Translations under genes and position numbers: made by a program | Shown: positions 29,194 through 45,278 of the stretch, in pieces | How positions within the stretch are numbered: the stretch's first letter is position 1 | Layout: every line of letters starts with the position of its first letter | Assembly: GCA_012295275.1 (NCBI GenBank) | Contig: CM022674.1 | Span: forward strand, 4,340,001-4,404,000 | Length of the DNA: 64,000 bases | Reading direction: 5' to 3' | Source: Chrysomallon squamiferum | Taxonomy: Eukaryota; Animalia; Mollusca | The notes under the pieces: generated by a model | The model's database searches: none | Told to the model about the DNA's origin: nothing | The model's input: only the letters and a program-made list of their open reading frames with translations

Positions 29194-30090
29194 GAAACAA
29201 ATCAGATTTTCCACTTCTATCAGATAATGAAATTAAAGCATATTCTGAGTTAAGACATGAATGACACACAGTTGTGGCCCACAACAAGAATAATAAAAAA
29301 AATAATAAAAACAGGAATTCTAACACTTGAATCTACACCGTTGACTCCTATCACAACAACAGATGATACTGATTCGCTCGTTAGAGGGTTCAACACATTT
29401 TTTTAATTCCAGATTCAAACTCCTCGTTCTGCTGGATTCATCTCCCTGTCTGACACTAAGCTAGCTGTGAGTTTATCTCCTTGCCTCATATGAGCTTCAG
29501 GTTATCGGCTGGTACCAAGTTCGGTTCCTGGTCTGAAACTATGTTCAACTCTTTGCCAGAAAATAGATTCACGTTGTAAATATTAACGAACGAAAACAAA
29601 AAAAAAAAAAAAAAAAAAAAGCTAATCGATGAAATATTTACACCAACAACAGCTGCATTACATATGTTTCTTTTGAAGTCGCTGATATCAAGGAACGAAC
29701 AATACAAGATCCTATGCTGTTTTTTTTTTTCAATAGAAAAAAAAAATAAGACGAAAACGAGAGGTAATATCTCTGTATCGAGCTATGCAACATTGTTATT
29801 TATAAAGCTGCTGAAGTAAATTATATTTTTGATGGGAATAGCTTACTATTTTAAATGAATAAAAGTTTTAACAGAAGTAGAAGTTATTCTTAGTTACGTA
29901 ATATAATCTTGGATAGAGATGACTAACGCGGTTATATTACTTATGACGTCATTCATTGCAGGCACCATGTAATTGCGATGGCCTAATGTCATTAAGGTGG
30001 ACTAAGTTAAATATGTTTCCGTTAGTGCCACGACAATCTGCTATTTTTTGAATTTATTTTTTCATTTATAATAATAATTATAATTATAAT

Positions 30091-30156
<66 letters not shown>

Positions 30157-30319
30157 TGTTATTATTATTATTATAATTATTATGATTATGATTATGATTA
30201 TTATTATTATCATTTAATTAATTAATTAACTGAATATAAAAATATGTAATTTTAACAAAATATGACAGAAAAATCGTACAAAAGATTGATGGTCGTTTGC
30301 CCCGAAACGATGGCTGATA

Positions 30320-30452
30320 CAGCGGTACCTTGACTTACGAGTTTAATTGGTTCGGTGACCGAGCTCGTATATCAAATCAATATCCCGACTGAAATTAATT
30401 GAAATATATTAATCCTTTCCAATATCCCAAAACCACCTCATGTTTCTGAATG

Positions 30453-30483
<31 letters not shown>

Positions 30484-30504
30484 ATTATAAATGACGAAAT
30501 ATTG

Positions 30505-30542
<38 letters not shown>

Positions 30543-31050
30543 ATTGTAAAGAAATAAACTGGAGATCAGGCAGATTATTTTAACGCCTTTGGCTGGAGTT
30601 ACGCCCTTTGTCCACTCCTTCTGCTTCAACCTGGTACATATCGTAGAAGTACCACACGTCGACTACTTGCACACCTCGCTCATGTTTCTCTATGATTTCA
30701 AGCTTTAATTCAATTCACATCATCCGCTTCTTCTCAGCACTGTCTTTTGCACTCGCTTTCTTACGATCCGTGGTAAGAAAAAATAAATGTGGCAAAAATA
30801 TTTCACAAAACAAGAACACAACACAACAGAGATGATTCCACGGCGAGGTAACGACGTGAAGTAAACGAGTGAGACGCAGGATGCTGGCACGGATGTTGTG
30901 TTTTATGTTGCGCCAACTAGAGGCGGCGTATCTGAAGCTCGCTCGTATCTCGGATTTTCCCTCGCAACTCAAAGCATTAAATAGACCTCGCGACTGCTCG
31001 TAACTCGCAGAGCTCGTAAGTTAGGGCACTCGTAAGTCGAGGTACCACTG
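30320..31050 (-). mobile_element. Non-autonomous Tigger/pogo (Tc1-mariner superfamily) DNA transposon
   Basis: 22-bp imperfect TIRs (cagcggtaccttgacttacgag / ctcgtaagtcgaggtaccactg) with TA on both sides (30318-30319, 31051-31052). A minus-strand remnant of the transposase N-terminus reads KKASAKDSAEKKRMM*IELKLEIIEKHERG...KQKEWTKGVTPAKGVKII. No DDE core is present. Confidence 0.9.
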
Positions 31051-31735
31051 TATTTAAATACTGACGACCAGTGTTACAGCATCTATATAATAAATTTGTG
31101 TTATAAATTACGACAGCTACCCATTAATATGGGAAAAAGGCATATTTAACACCCAGATTATGTACTAAAAAAAACGGTATTATTGATTTTCAATACACAA
31201 TTCCTAATAGAATAACAGCAAACAACAGCTTTCTTTGTCGACTGGGATTCGGAACGATACACTTTGCACATTCTGTAAACGATCAGGCACCTTTTCGTAA
31301 AATGTTCCAAAGTGACCCTGTTATTACAATACAGATGTTTGATACGTATAATGCAAGCCAAAGATTATTCAGGAAAAATAGTGTAGATAGGCATTCGTGC
31401 TTTATTATCATTGGATACAGTCATTATATTATTCATTATTATTACCTACTGCAATAGATAAATATCAAATATTTTAGTAAAATAGGTTTAATTAATATCT
31501 TAATCGGATCCATCCGTTATGAAATGATAATACTAAACGAATGAGTTTATTATTAACAAATATATTTTTAAATTTTTAATCCAAAAGACATAGTTTGAAC
31601 GGAGAATAAGAAAGAAATATTTTCATTTCTTTTTCTGTTTTCTAAATAATTGGTGGAGGTAGGCAACGGGACATGATGTGTTGTATGCTTAAAGGTAACA
31701 GAAGTTTCGAAATGGATAAATAAACTGTTAAACAC

Positions 31736-31907
<172 letters not shown>

Positions 31908-32020
31908 GAACAGCTCTTAATGATTTCGTACCCTCGGTTTCATAGAGTTCAAAAAGAAACAGAACAACGATTTCAATGTTTTACATTAGTATTTTATTAT
32001 CTCTTCAGAAGCTTGCAACA

Positions 32021-32128
32021 TCATTTCTCGTCTGTAGTTCTCACGTCACTAGGAAGTAAAATGAAGTAAATAATATATATATACAGACATACACATACTT
32101 ACACACACACCCACACCCACACAAACGC

Positions 32129-32159
<31 letters not shown>

Positions 32160-32413
32160 CATATATATCATGGCAATAACAAAAATGGCCTGCCTATAAC
32201 TAAAACATATGGAAATTTTAATCAGGGACCAGTGTTTACTGTTATACAGGATTCTGATGTAGAATGATACTCACACACTCCGGAGTTGACTGGGGTATCT
32301 GTATAAATTGAAAAATAGTGAGGTTAATTCTTCTGAATGATTTCAAACTTTTACATTAGAATTTTATTATCTCTTTATTATCTTTTTTTAAATAATATAT
32401 ATTCAAACAAACA

Positions 32414-32470
<57 letters not shown>

Positions 32471-33749
32471 GTCTGTATGTATCTCAGGTAAATGAACAAA
32501 TAATGTGATGCCTATAACTAAAAAGTTTCGACATTTTAATCAGTGATTATTGTTTTTTATTATAAATCATTGTTCTGTCCATCTACCTGTCTCCGTGTAT
32601 CACATATTTCTTTGTTCATATTAATCTGGACATAAAACAATCTTTACTTACGTGTCAGAGGAGATGGATCGTCCATATTTCCTGAAGAAAAAGGAAAAAT
32701 TTAAATATTTTACTCAGTACCACTTTTGCTGAATAGAAAAATTATCCAGGTACATTTTACCTTTTACCGCGGTTTGACATTGTGTGTAATGCATAAAGTT
32801 GTTATCTCAGAAACAAAGTGGACCTAGCTGATCATTCAGGGATATTTACTTTATGTGATTATGACTCGTATACTGGCACTAACCGTCGTTTTAGGCTCAG
32901 CAGAATCTATCTTACTCAGGATAAATTAATGTTATCTTAATGGACGTATTCCCGCTTTATTACACCATGAACTAAATCAAGAGATTATAAATTATTATCG
33001 GATTATACACAATGATGCACTGTAATTTAACAGCTGTTTGTGAATATTGTTAGTGTTATTGTTATTGTTGTTATTATTACTATTATTATTATGATCATCA
33101 TTATTATTTATTAATTTGTTTTTCTATTTTAAATAAAACAACATTAGTTGATACCTGATTATATCAACTGTTATCTTCATCAGTATTTTTAAATGGAATT
33201 TAGTCTATTATTGATCATTGCTCTGTTAAGAAAGAAAACACACACACATATATAGTCACACAAACACTCACACACACATACATACATCTGAATCATTAAT
33301 TTAGTGTGAACCAATATAATATGGAACGATAATTTATTTAATAATATTTTAATTGTTTCCTAGTACGCTTACAAGGTTTGCGGAGATCAACAGCAGAATC
33401 GTGATATTAAAAAATAGTAAAATGTCATTTTGTCCTCTTTTCACATTAAAACCCACTACAATGATAACGGATATATGTGTTTGGTTCTTCATAATAGGTG
33501 TTCGAAAACAAAGACACACACTGATTATTGGTGATTATCACCGCATTATTGGTGATGTCATTTATGTTAGGCATTAATAGAATGATAGTCACAGGTGGAA
33601 CGAATCACTGTAAAAGGAATAAAAACAATCAGGAGAATAATTCTCCAGTTTAAAACTATGAATTCGTTTTTTATCAGTTATTTTACTAGTGAATGTACTA
33701 GGAAAACCTAAAATAAAACCTACATACATAATCCATACGTACATGCATT

Positions 33750-33781
<32 letters not shown>

Positions 33782-33865
33782 GACTGATAAATAGATGAAC
33801 ATGTATGTATATATGAATGTATATATGTGTACGTGTGAATGTATATCTATCTATCTATCTATCTA

Positions 33866-33939
<74 letters not shown>

Positions 33940-34053
33940 CTCAGATATAAAGATATATGTGTAACTTGCGCTAGGGAATAATTAACTGTTATCGTTAAAA
34001 TCTCAAATAAAATATAAAAGTAACAGGACTGTGGGTAAGTCAGATTGAGACAT

Positions 34054-34149
<96 letters not shown>

Positions 34150-34859
34150 ATTCTTAAAATATGCATTTTAAAAGAAAGAGAAGAGGAGTTCAACTTATTA
34201 AAAGTCGTAGCTTTTTAATTTTCTATGATATTATACATTTTAAACGAAATTCTAGATAATATCTTCCTTTATTTTTTAATATCGAATATATACCAAAAGA
34301 AAGGTGAAACACATTGAAATTAAGCTAATTTATATTCATTCTAACGGAAAACCTTCGGTTTATCATTAACATAAATTCTTAATATATTTCCAGATTCCAA
34401 TACTCGATTATCGATAACGTTGGATAGTCTTTTTTTCTGTTAACTTATTAATAAATTTCTACTTACCATGGTTGGACCCTAAAAAGGTGAATATGAATAT
34501 GAACATATAAAGGTGAATATGTCTGGTTAAACGCTGAAATCAAGACTGCTCTAAAATCATAAAGTACTTTGTAACTCCGAGTAAAAATAATTCATTTATG
34601 ATACTGATTGAAAACAGTAATTATTTTACGATTTATTTTTACACGTTTTTATGTTAGATCTCAGTTATTTTCTTAACATGAATATATTCCTTTGACTAGA
34701 ATTACATTGCATCTGTTTTATTCTTTCGAATAATATTCAGTTATGAACTCAAACCGACGTAAAGCAAGTCAAACGTAAAAGAAATAGCAAATATTTGATC
34801 TAAAATATATTGGTATTGAACTCCATGTGACTAGTGGTGCAAAAAGTAAAAAAAAAGAA

Positions 34860-34907
<48 letters not shown>

Positions 34908-35236
34908 GTAGTGGTAGTATATACAAATAACATTTATATAATTAAATCTGTATGATAAGAAAGATTTTACATTCAATATTATTTAGGTGAAATGATTTAT
35001 ACCTTAAAATGTATTTATATTGGAATAAATTAAGATTATTACAACTATATTTAATTACATACTAAAAAAAGTATTTTATTTTGCACTAATATAGATTCAT
35101 TCACCCGTCTCATATTAAATTTTACTGAAGAGGAAAACGAAACTTACCGGTGATGTGAATGCAGTTTACCAGTAAGGAACCACGCTGACGAGAAAACAAT
35201 CAACAGCAGAAGAATTTGCAGTTTCAACGCAAACAT
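32021..35236 (-). CDS. Putative micro-exon gene for a 60-aa secreted neuropeptide-like precursor
   Basis: Exons 35236..35148 (89 nt), 34478..34467 (12), 32681..32652 (30), 32298..32275 (24) and 32048..32021 (28). Donors are GTAAGT x3 and GTGAGT, acceptors are pyrimidine-rich YAG, all phase 2. AATAAA lies ~23 nt after the stop. Product: MFALKLQILLLLIVFSSAWFLTGKLHSHHRVQPWKYGRSISSDTYPSQLRSVDVRTTDEK*. Confidence 0.6.
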
Positions 35237-35300
35237 AGTGAACAACGTAAGCTGGAAATCTGCAGGTATTCGTTAAATTTTAATGTATACCAAGCCCAGC

Positions 35301-35333
<33 letters not shown>

Positions 35334-36434
35334 ATATAATATATAATGACAAACTACTAGGTTTGAGAAACGAATAGATTTAATGTTTAGCGTTTCGAAT
35401 TAATTAGGAAAACATTTAAATTCTAAGATTATTGAATATGGATCTTGAAAACGGAGAAACGAAAATGAATATGTTATTTTCTCTTTCATGTTTGTTAACG
35501 TATTTCCCTAAGATTTTAAACTTTTTCAGTGTGTAGTAAAAAAACTTATACTTCATTTAACTGTATAACTATTTTAGAATTTTACATGTAAAAAAAAATG
35601 ATTATAAAGTGAATATAACTTACCAAAATTAGTTGTAGTAGAGAATGATCTAGCTGTGAGAATATGTCTAATATCATGAGCTCCAGTTATATATACTGAT
35701 GCACGGACACAATAATAATGAATCAAACGTTTCATATCTAATAAACTACTATGGCAGAAGAAATATGTAATCAAAATAAATATAAATTTCGTGACAGATG
35801 AACCGATAAAACGTGAAATATTCATACCTTTTATAATTAATTTACTCTGTGCATTCTGTCGATTTATCTTTCTGAATGTTAGCTTGTCATAAGTGTTTGT
35901 CTGTTGTGTATGGGTGTATTTGCCGGTGTAATTTCGTATCTATCTGTCATTCTATCTCTCATACTATCTATCTATCTATCTATCTATCTATCTCTATCTA
36001 CATCTAACCATTTAAATCTTTATCTAAATGTTTCTCTATATCTCTCTATATCTATCTGACTGTCAATCTCTCCATATATCCATATATCTATCGCTCAATC
36101 TATCTAATTATTTATGCATATATCTGTTTTTGTTATGAGTCTGTCTCTGTCTATCTGTCTACATCTATCCATCTATCTCTTTAACTAACTATTTTCTGTA
36201 TATCCATCTCTCTATCAATTTGCATGTTTATATATCTATCTAGGTCTCTTTATATTATTCTGTCTAGCATCTTTTTTCTTATTATTCAATAAGAGAAATG
36301 ATTTTCAAAAAGTATATTGATCATTATAATATCCGAATTTACTACAGGATGACTGTTCTATGAAAACAGACAGGTTTCTCTATTTCACCGTTGAGAAAAC
36401 TGTTTATTATCAACACGGAACGTTGCCTGTGTGT

Positions 36435-36742
36435 AAAAACAGAACTTTACAGTCCATCACTGCAAAAACAGAACCTGTCCATCACTGTTACAGTCCAAAA
36501 AACAGAACGTTACAGTCCATCACTGCAAAAAAACAGTACGTTACAGTCCATTACAGTCTAAAAAAACAGAACGTTACAGTCCAGTTCATCGTTACAGTCT
36601 ATTACTGAAAAACAGTACGTTACAGTCCATTACTGTAAAACAGAACGTTACAGTCCATTACTGAAAACGTTACAGTCCATTACTGTAAAACAGAACGTTA
36701 CCATTACTGAAATCCATAAAAAACAGTGAAAAAACAGAACGA
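36435..36742. repeat. ~28-30 bp minisatellite (aaaacagaacgttacagtccattactg)
   Basis: About ten degenerate units are visible. Confidence 0.85.
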
Positions 36743-37224
36743 TGCTTTGATCTCAATTACTTCGTCCTGTATTTCCGGCAGATCGAGCTCCGTATGAACG
36801 AGATTAGTGAGAAATCAATTAAACATTTCGAGGAAATCTCTACTCATTTCCTAAAAGAAAGGTAATTTCTGAATAAAAACCGTTATCAAATTTCGTACTT
36901 TTTTCCGTTGCTCAATATGATTGAAAATTATTAATGATTTCGACAAATGCAAAATTATTTTTATGACGAAATGTTGTTTCAATCTGACTACACTAAAATG
37001 TATTTAAGTTTTCTGTCAAATGATTTAGAATTTCACCCTCCATGCCGACGTCAAAGGTTCCCACCTTTCTTGTAATTCTGAAACATGGTAAGACAGGAAA
37101 GACAGATGCATTGGGGTTTGTGGTTCAAAATGATAATGTTACAATTGGACATAGTAGATTTATAATTCTAATGTGTTCTATTAACTTGGAAAGGGTTATA
37201 TCAATCCCAAAAGCCTTGATTTTG

Positions 37225-39605
<2,381 letters not shown>

Positions 39606-39759
39606 TATAATATTCTCTCTAGTAACAGCACAAACCCGCTGGTCTGAAATAATACATTACGACAACTACCCATTAATATGGAAAAAAAGTATATTTAACA
39701 CCCAGATTATATACTAAACAAATCACTCTTATTGATTTTCAATACACAATTCTTAACAG

Positions 39760-40104
39760 AATAACAGCAAACAACAGCTTTCTTTGTCGACTGGGATTCG
39801 GAACGATAAACTTTGCACATTCTGTAAACGATCAGGCACCGTTTTGTAAAATGTTCCAAAGTTACTCTGTTGTGGAGAAAATTGGAATCGTGAATTTTTG
39901 ATGTTACTGGACTCCGTAGAATTGTAAACGACAGAAAGATAATATTTGGTTTACAAACAGACTTAGCCGCGGGAGGATAAGGAGGGTACGCAATGACAGG
40001 AGGATTCAGCGGTGATATGGGTGGAGGTAGTATGAAGGGAGGTGGCGTGACTGGAGGGGTATGATTCGAGGTGGCATGATGGGAGGGGGCATGTACGATC
40101 GTTA
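39760..40104 (+). pseudogene. Decayed terminal exon with Cys-containing part and Gly/Met-rich tail
   Basis: After a CTTAACAG acceptor it reads ITANNSFLCRLGFG...PFCKMF...CYWTP*NCK and then GGYAMTGGFSGDMGGGSMKGGG../GMIRGGMMGGGMYDR*, with stops and frameshifts. AATAAA at ~40403. Confidence 0.4.
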
Positions 40105-40758
40105 ATAATGAACATGTTTAAAAGTACCTTTCTTTAATAGTTTTATAGTTCTGTTTATTTAGACTGTTACTTATCTTGACCTTGACCTACATTGGCAACA
40201 ATAGAAACTATATAATTTTACTTTTGTTTCAAATCCTGACATACCGTATACTTCTTTATTCAGAAATCAGACGCAAATATTTTTATTTTTAAAACGGTTA
40301 GAAAAATATGATAACAAAATGAGTATTTTTGCTTCACTTTCAGGAATCCACATTGACGTACCAGAGGAAAGAAGATTGCTATTATTGGTTATCAATTAAC
40401 TAAATAAAACCTTTTGTAATATGAGAATTTGTTTTTGTTTATTTCAAATATATTACAATACAGATGTTTGATAGGCATAATGCATGCTAAAGATTATTCA
40501 GGAAAAATAGCGTAGATGTGCATTCGTGCATTATTATCTTTGCATACAGTCATTCTATTATTCGTTATTATTACATAAAGTAATCGATGAATATCAATTA
40601 TTTTAATAAAATATGTTTAATTAATATCTTAATCGGATCCATCCGTTATGAAATGATAATACTTAACGAATGCGGTTTTTTTTAACAAATATATTTTTTA
40701 ATTTTTAATCCAAAAGATATAGTTTGAACGGAGAGTAAGAAAGAAATATTTGCATTTG

Positions 40759-40958
40759 NNNNNNNNNNNNNNNNNNNNNNNNNNNNNNNNNNNNNNNNNN
40801 NNNNNNNNNNNNNNNNNNNNNNNNNNNNNNNNNNNNNNNNNNNNNNNNNNNNNNNNNNNNNNNNNNNNNNNNNNNNNNNNNNNNNNNNNNNNNNNNNNNN
40901 NNNNNNNNNNNNNNNNNNNNNNNNNNNNNNNNNNNNNNNNNNNNNNNNNNNNNNNNNN
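40759..40958. other. Assembly gap (200 N)
   Basis: Run of N. Confidence 1.
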
Positions 40959-41430
40959 TAATTAAATTTATCACTCAAGTTTTTGTCCTCAGATCATGTT
41001 GTTTAATGACTTAGAATAAATATTTACTTTTGTTCTTTTTATCATTATTTGCTTGCTTGTTTGCTTGCTTGCTTTCTCTCTTTCTTTTTTAATCTGCTCA
41101 CCTGACAAACCTTTGAGGTTTTACTTTCCATCTTCCTCCTGCTGCTTCTGTTTTCATTTTAAAAGCTGATGCTTTCTTACAATTACGAAGAAAATAAAAT
41201 AAATCAATAAATAAATAGATGTGAATAGAATTGTGACCATGCTTTCCTTGGCTCGCTCTCTCACTCTCTCTCTTAATTATTACAAAGACAAGTTAATCTT
41301 TTGTCCCAATTTGAATTTCTTTTTTTCTTTTCTTCATTTTTTTTTTCAAGTTATTTCTGTATTAAACATGACACTTCTCATTACTATCAAATTTCCTTAT
41401 ATTTATTTATTTATTTATTTATTAAATTAG

Positions 41431-42603
41431 GTGGAGAGCAGAAATTTGAGCATGATTTCCATGGTTATCTGGGTGGTTTGTCTGCTCAAAGACAAGACAG
41501 AAAGCAACCGTGTCATCAAGTGTCTGAACAACTGCAAGGAAAATCTTGATTTCAATGCTCCCAGTGCCATGTAGAGTGGGACAGTAAGTATCACACTTGT
41601 CACAAGTTTCTGTCTGCATTAGTGATTATTAGTAATGTCATAGCTTATGTTTTCTTTTTTTCTTTCTTTTTATAACTTTCAGAAACAAAGTTAAGAAGCA
41701 GTTTTATTTAACTAATACTCATATTATGTTATAAAGTTATTCTTAAAATTTGACGCTTAATTACATATAGTAAATTTTATTTTATATTCATTTAGAAATT
41801 TAAAAAGTTAAAGAATTTAAAAATTGTTTTGAGGGGACATTTGGAAAACTTCATTGATGTTCAGAAAGATGAATTGAGTTTGTAGAGAAATATAATTATT
41901 AATAAACATGAATCTGAAATATTCATAAATGTGGAAAGCAAACACTTTGCAATTCAGTCTGCATTTCACTATTATATACAAAGCAAAGCATTATCTGAAA
42001 ATCTGTTTCCATATTACATTATATATAAAATTAGTAGAAGAGTATTTGAATTATTATGTGGGATTTGTTTTTAATACTTTTGTCAAAAATATTCTGTATT
42101 TATTCAGTATTTTTCAAACATCTTTTATTTGTTTCTTTTCTAAGTACAGTATGAACTAATATGAAAACCTAAAGATAAGCATATGTCTGGGCACTACAAC
42201 TGTGATGCCATCAAATACAAGGCAAACCTGTTCTGGTCTAACCAATTATTTTAATGAATATACAAATAACCATGATTTCTTTTATTTATTGTCTAAAAAG
42301 TTTTGAAAAATTCATAAATAAAGAAACGAGGGGAAATGAGTTTTGACAAGACTTTTTACTTATTGATTTTATTTCTCTCTATCTGCCAGTAAACCTTAAT
42401 ATATGACCTCATCACTGTTTTCTCCCCCACAGAATCAACAGAAGCCAAGTTCAATCTGAAGAACAAATTCTTGCTGGATACATGTACTATCAAGGCTAAC
42501 CCTAAACTGAATCTGTTTTATGAACACCTCTCACTGCCCACCCATCTGATGGAAAACCAGGGACTTGGGTGGAGTGAAACCAGTGATGGAGTAACCATTA
42601 CAA
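41431..42603 (+). pseudogene. CLSTN: Calsyntenin pseudo-exons (block 1)
   Basis: 41431-41583 reads GEQKFEHDFHGYLGGLS/(frameshift)LKDKTESNRVIKCLNNCKENLDFNAPSAM*SGT. 42433-42603 reads FLLDTCTIKANPKLNLFYEHLSLPTHLMENQGLGWSETSDGVTIT. Both match recalled calsyntenin ectodomain motifs. Confidence 0.8.
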
Positions 42604-45278
42604 GTAAATGATCCAACTCTTACTTCAGGTTGTGACATAAACTAAAATACAAAATATTTATTTGTCTCAAGTAGGGAGAAAGATTAAACTGCCTCTTGGT
42701 AATCAGAGCAAATATTTAGTCTGCTGATTTCAGAAAATGGAAAATGAACAACACTATTCATTTTTTAATCTCTCAAATAACAGCAAGAAATAATTTTAAA
42801 AGATTGTGTTAATGAAGATTAACTTGTTCAGTAGTTCTTAATAAAATTAAAATAATAACTAGCTGAACATTAAATTGTGAAATCTGTTAATGAATATATT
42901 ATGATTTTTATTTACAACATGAAGCTTTTAAATTCAGTTAAGTCAAATTAAGAACTGAATAATGTAGAAATACAACGATTATAAATTAGAGTAAAAACAT
43001 TAGACCAACTACAAAATCAGTATAAAACATTAAGAATAAAAATTATAAAATGTGACATAAATATACCTATTAAAATATAAAAATTGGCTTTGATAAGTGA
43101 AAATCATGGTGCTGTTTACAAATGAACAAACCAGATGTATATCAAAAACTAAACTCATGCTCTCTGCTTCATGCCGGGCCAGTTTAGAAGTGATAATAAA
43201 CAGTTTGTCATTGCCAAGTTTCCTTTGAAAATGTGCCAAAACAAAGACTTTTTAGTGAAATATATAAAAAAAAAAAAAAAAAAAAAAAATGTATCCCAAA
43301 TGTAAATTAAATGACACTGAGAACTGAAATAAAATGTATCTCATTTTCTGTTTATATACATGACTGTAAACTTATTTGGGTATTTTCTACAACTTGTTTT
43401 AGTCTTTTGCATCATTTCCATTGAAAATGTATTGGTTTATTTTTAAAGTTGATGAATTTGCATAAGAATGTGTTGAATTTGTATTTCATTAAACAAATAT
43501 GGCATATTTTAGAAATAGAAAATAAGCTGTCATAATATTCAGATTAAAATTTAATAAATAAAAATAATTGTTATCAAACTATTTTCATTTTAGAGAAAAA
43601 AGAGAAAACAAAGGAAGTACATTTAATGATATTTAAAACAGAAGTCTGGACAAGTATGATTTAATTTTTTATTTCACAGTATTTTCAGCAACTGTATTGA
43701 AATTTCAAGCAATTAAAAACTGATTGCAAACATCCCAAAGACATGATGAATATTCATACAACTTGGCAATGATGTTGTTATTCTGTTTCATTTGGAGAAC
43801 TAAAACTACCTCCAATTTGTTTTTGTTTTTAACAAATCTAAAGTATTTATTACCTTTAAAATTTTATTTATTTGAATGAGATTTAATATTTGATTCTTCC
43901 AGTATTAATTAGTATTTTGCTTGTCAATACATTTAGGGTTTTTTTAGGGTTTTTTTTTCTTATTATTTTTTTATTAGTCAGTTTTAATCTATTACTTTAT
44001 TTAATTTTTTCTGAATACTTTTTAACAAACCTGTTAAATCACTTTTTCTTGACAAATAATAACAGTAAATAAGGCAGTAGTTTTATGATTACATTACCAT
44101 CATCAAAAGTAGATATTTTATACAAGCTAGATATTAGAACAAGAACCCACCGAAAAGTCAGTTTTTAACAATAGTTTTTTATTGTTGTTATTTACAGTTT
44201 TGGTAGTTGTTTTTTTTTTGTTGATATTATCACTTCTCTTCTGGCCCGTGTTGTAAAGTGTGTGTGGTGTCACAGGAAGGAAATTATAAGTCTGTTGTAT
44301 ATATTGTCTTCCTGTCAATAAAGCTTACCACACTAATATTGTGTTTTTGTTGTTGTTGCTGCTGCTGCTATTTCTTAAACTTGTACATGCCTGATAAGAT
44401 TTTAGCGTTTAAACAGATTAGAATGATCATGATAAATTATTTTTAAAATGTGTAGATACGGCTAATTCAAGTATATTTTTGAAAGTGGGGAGTTTTTTTT
44501 TTCTTTCCTTGATATTATTTTGAAAGAAGATAGCATAGTGACCTCCCTTATCAATTTATATACTTTGTTTTATATGAAGTTTTGCAGTAAATTGTATTAA
44601 TATATTGGTATTTAATTTTAAAAAGCATTGAATAAAAAGTATTAAATTTTCTTGTGATAAATTGTAATTTAATTTGGCTTGATCGATGTGTTACTGCATC
44701 CATTTTTAGGTTAATTTCTGACTAAATGTGAATTTCTGTGTCTTTACTGAAATAAAATAAATTAGTATCATATTGGCATTTCCTGAAAGTGCGTATTGAA
44801 CGCTGTTCTCAATGACGGCAAACTCATATTTATGTTAAATATTTTTATTGGATACAAAAATATCAAATTTAATAATAATTAAAAACAAAAATGTGGCATG
44901 TGCATGAGTAGTCAGAGTTTAGCAGCCTTTTCAATATTGAGTAATACTAAGTCTTCATTCTCCTTTGCACTTTCCTTCTGAAAATAAATAAATAAAGTAA
45001 CATAAGTAAACTATTAGTGGGATTAAATGAAGGTAATGAACTAAAACAATGCTTCTGATGATATCAGGATCTCGAATACTGGCATAAATGTACATGTATA
45101 GAGACCGACAAGCAGAAAAATACAGAGGCAATGCGAAAAAAAGAAAAGAGACAGGCACTCTTAAGAGATAGTTAAGAGACGGTCAGATAGACATACAAAG
45201 AGAGCGATAGACAGACAGACATACAGAATATGATCAGAAAGATAGGTAGGTAAACCGTTATAGTAAAACTTACCAATT

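Noticed and set aside
29330-29707. Minus-strand coding-like stretch (DQEPNLVPADNLKLI*)
   Set aside because: There is no convincing exon chain or recognisable motif, and it overlaps the likely 3' UTR of the transporter.
33355-33440. Minus-strand hydrophobic stretch ILLFFNITILLLISANL before GTAAGC
   Set aside because: There is no in-frame ATG, and only a 13-nt match to the micro-exon gene's first exon, which is too weak to call.
40682-40978. ORFs spanning the N run
   Set aside because: Gap artefacts.
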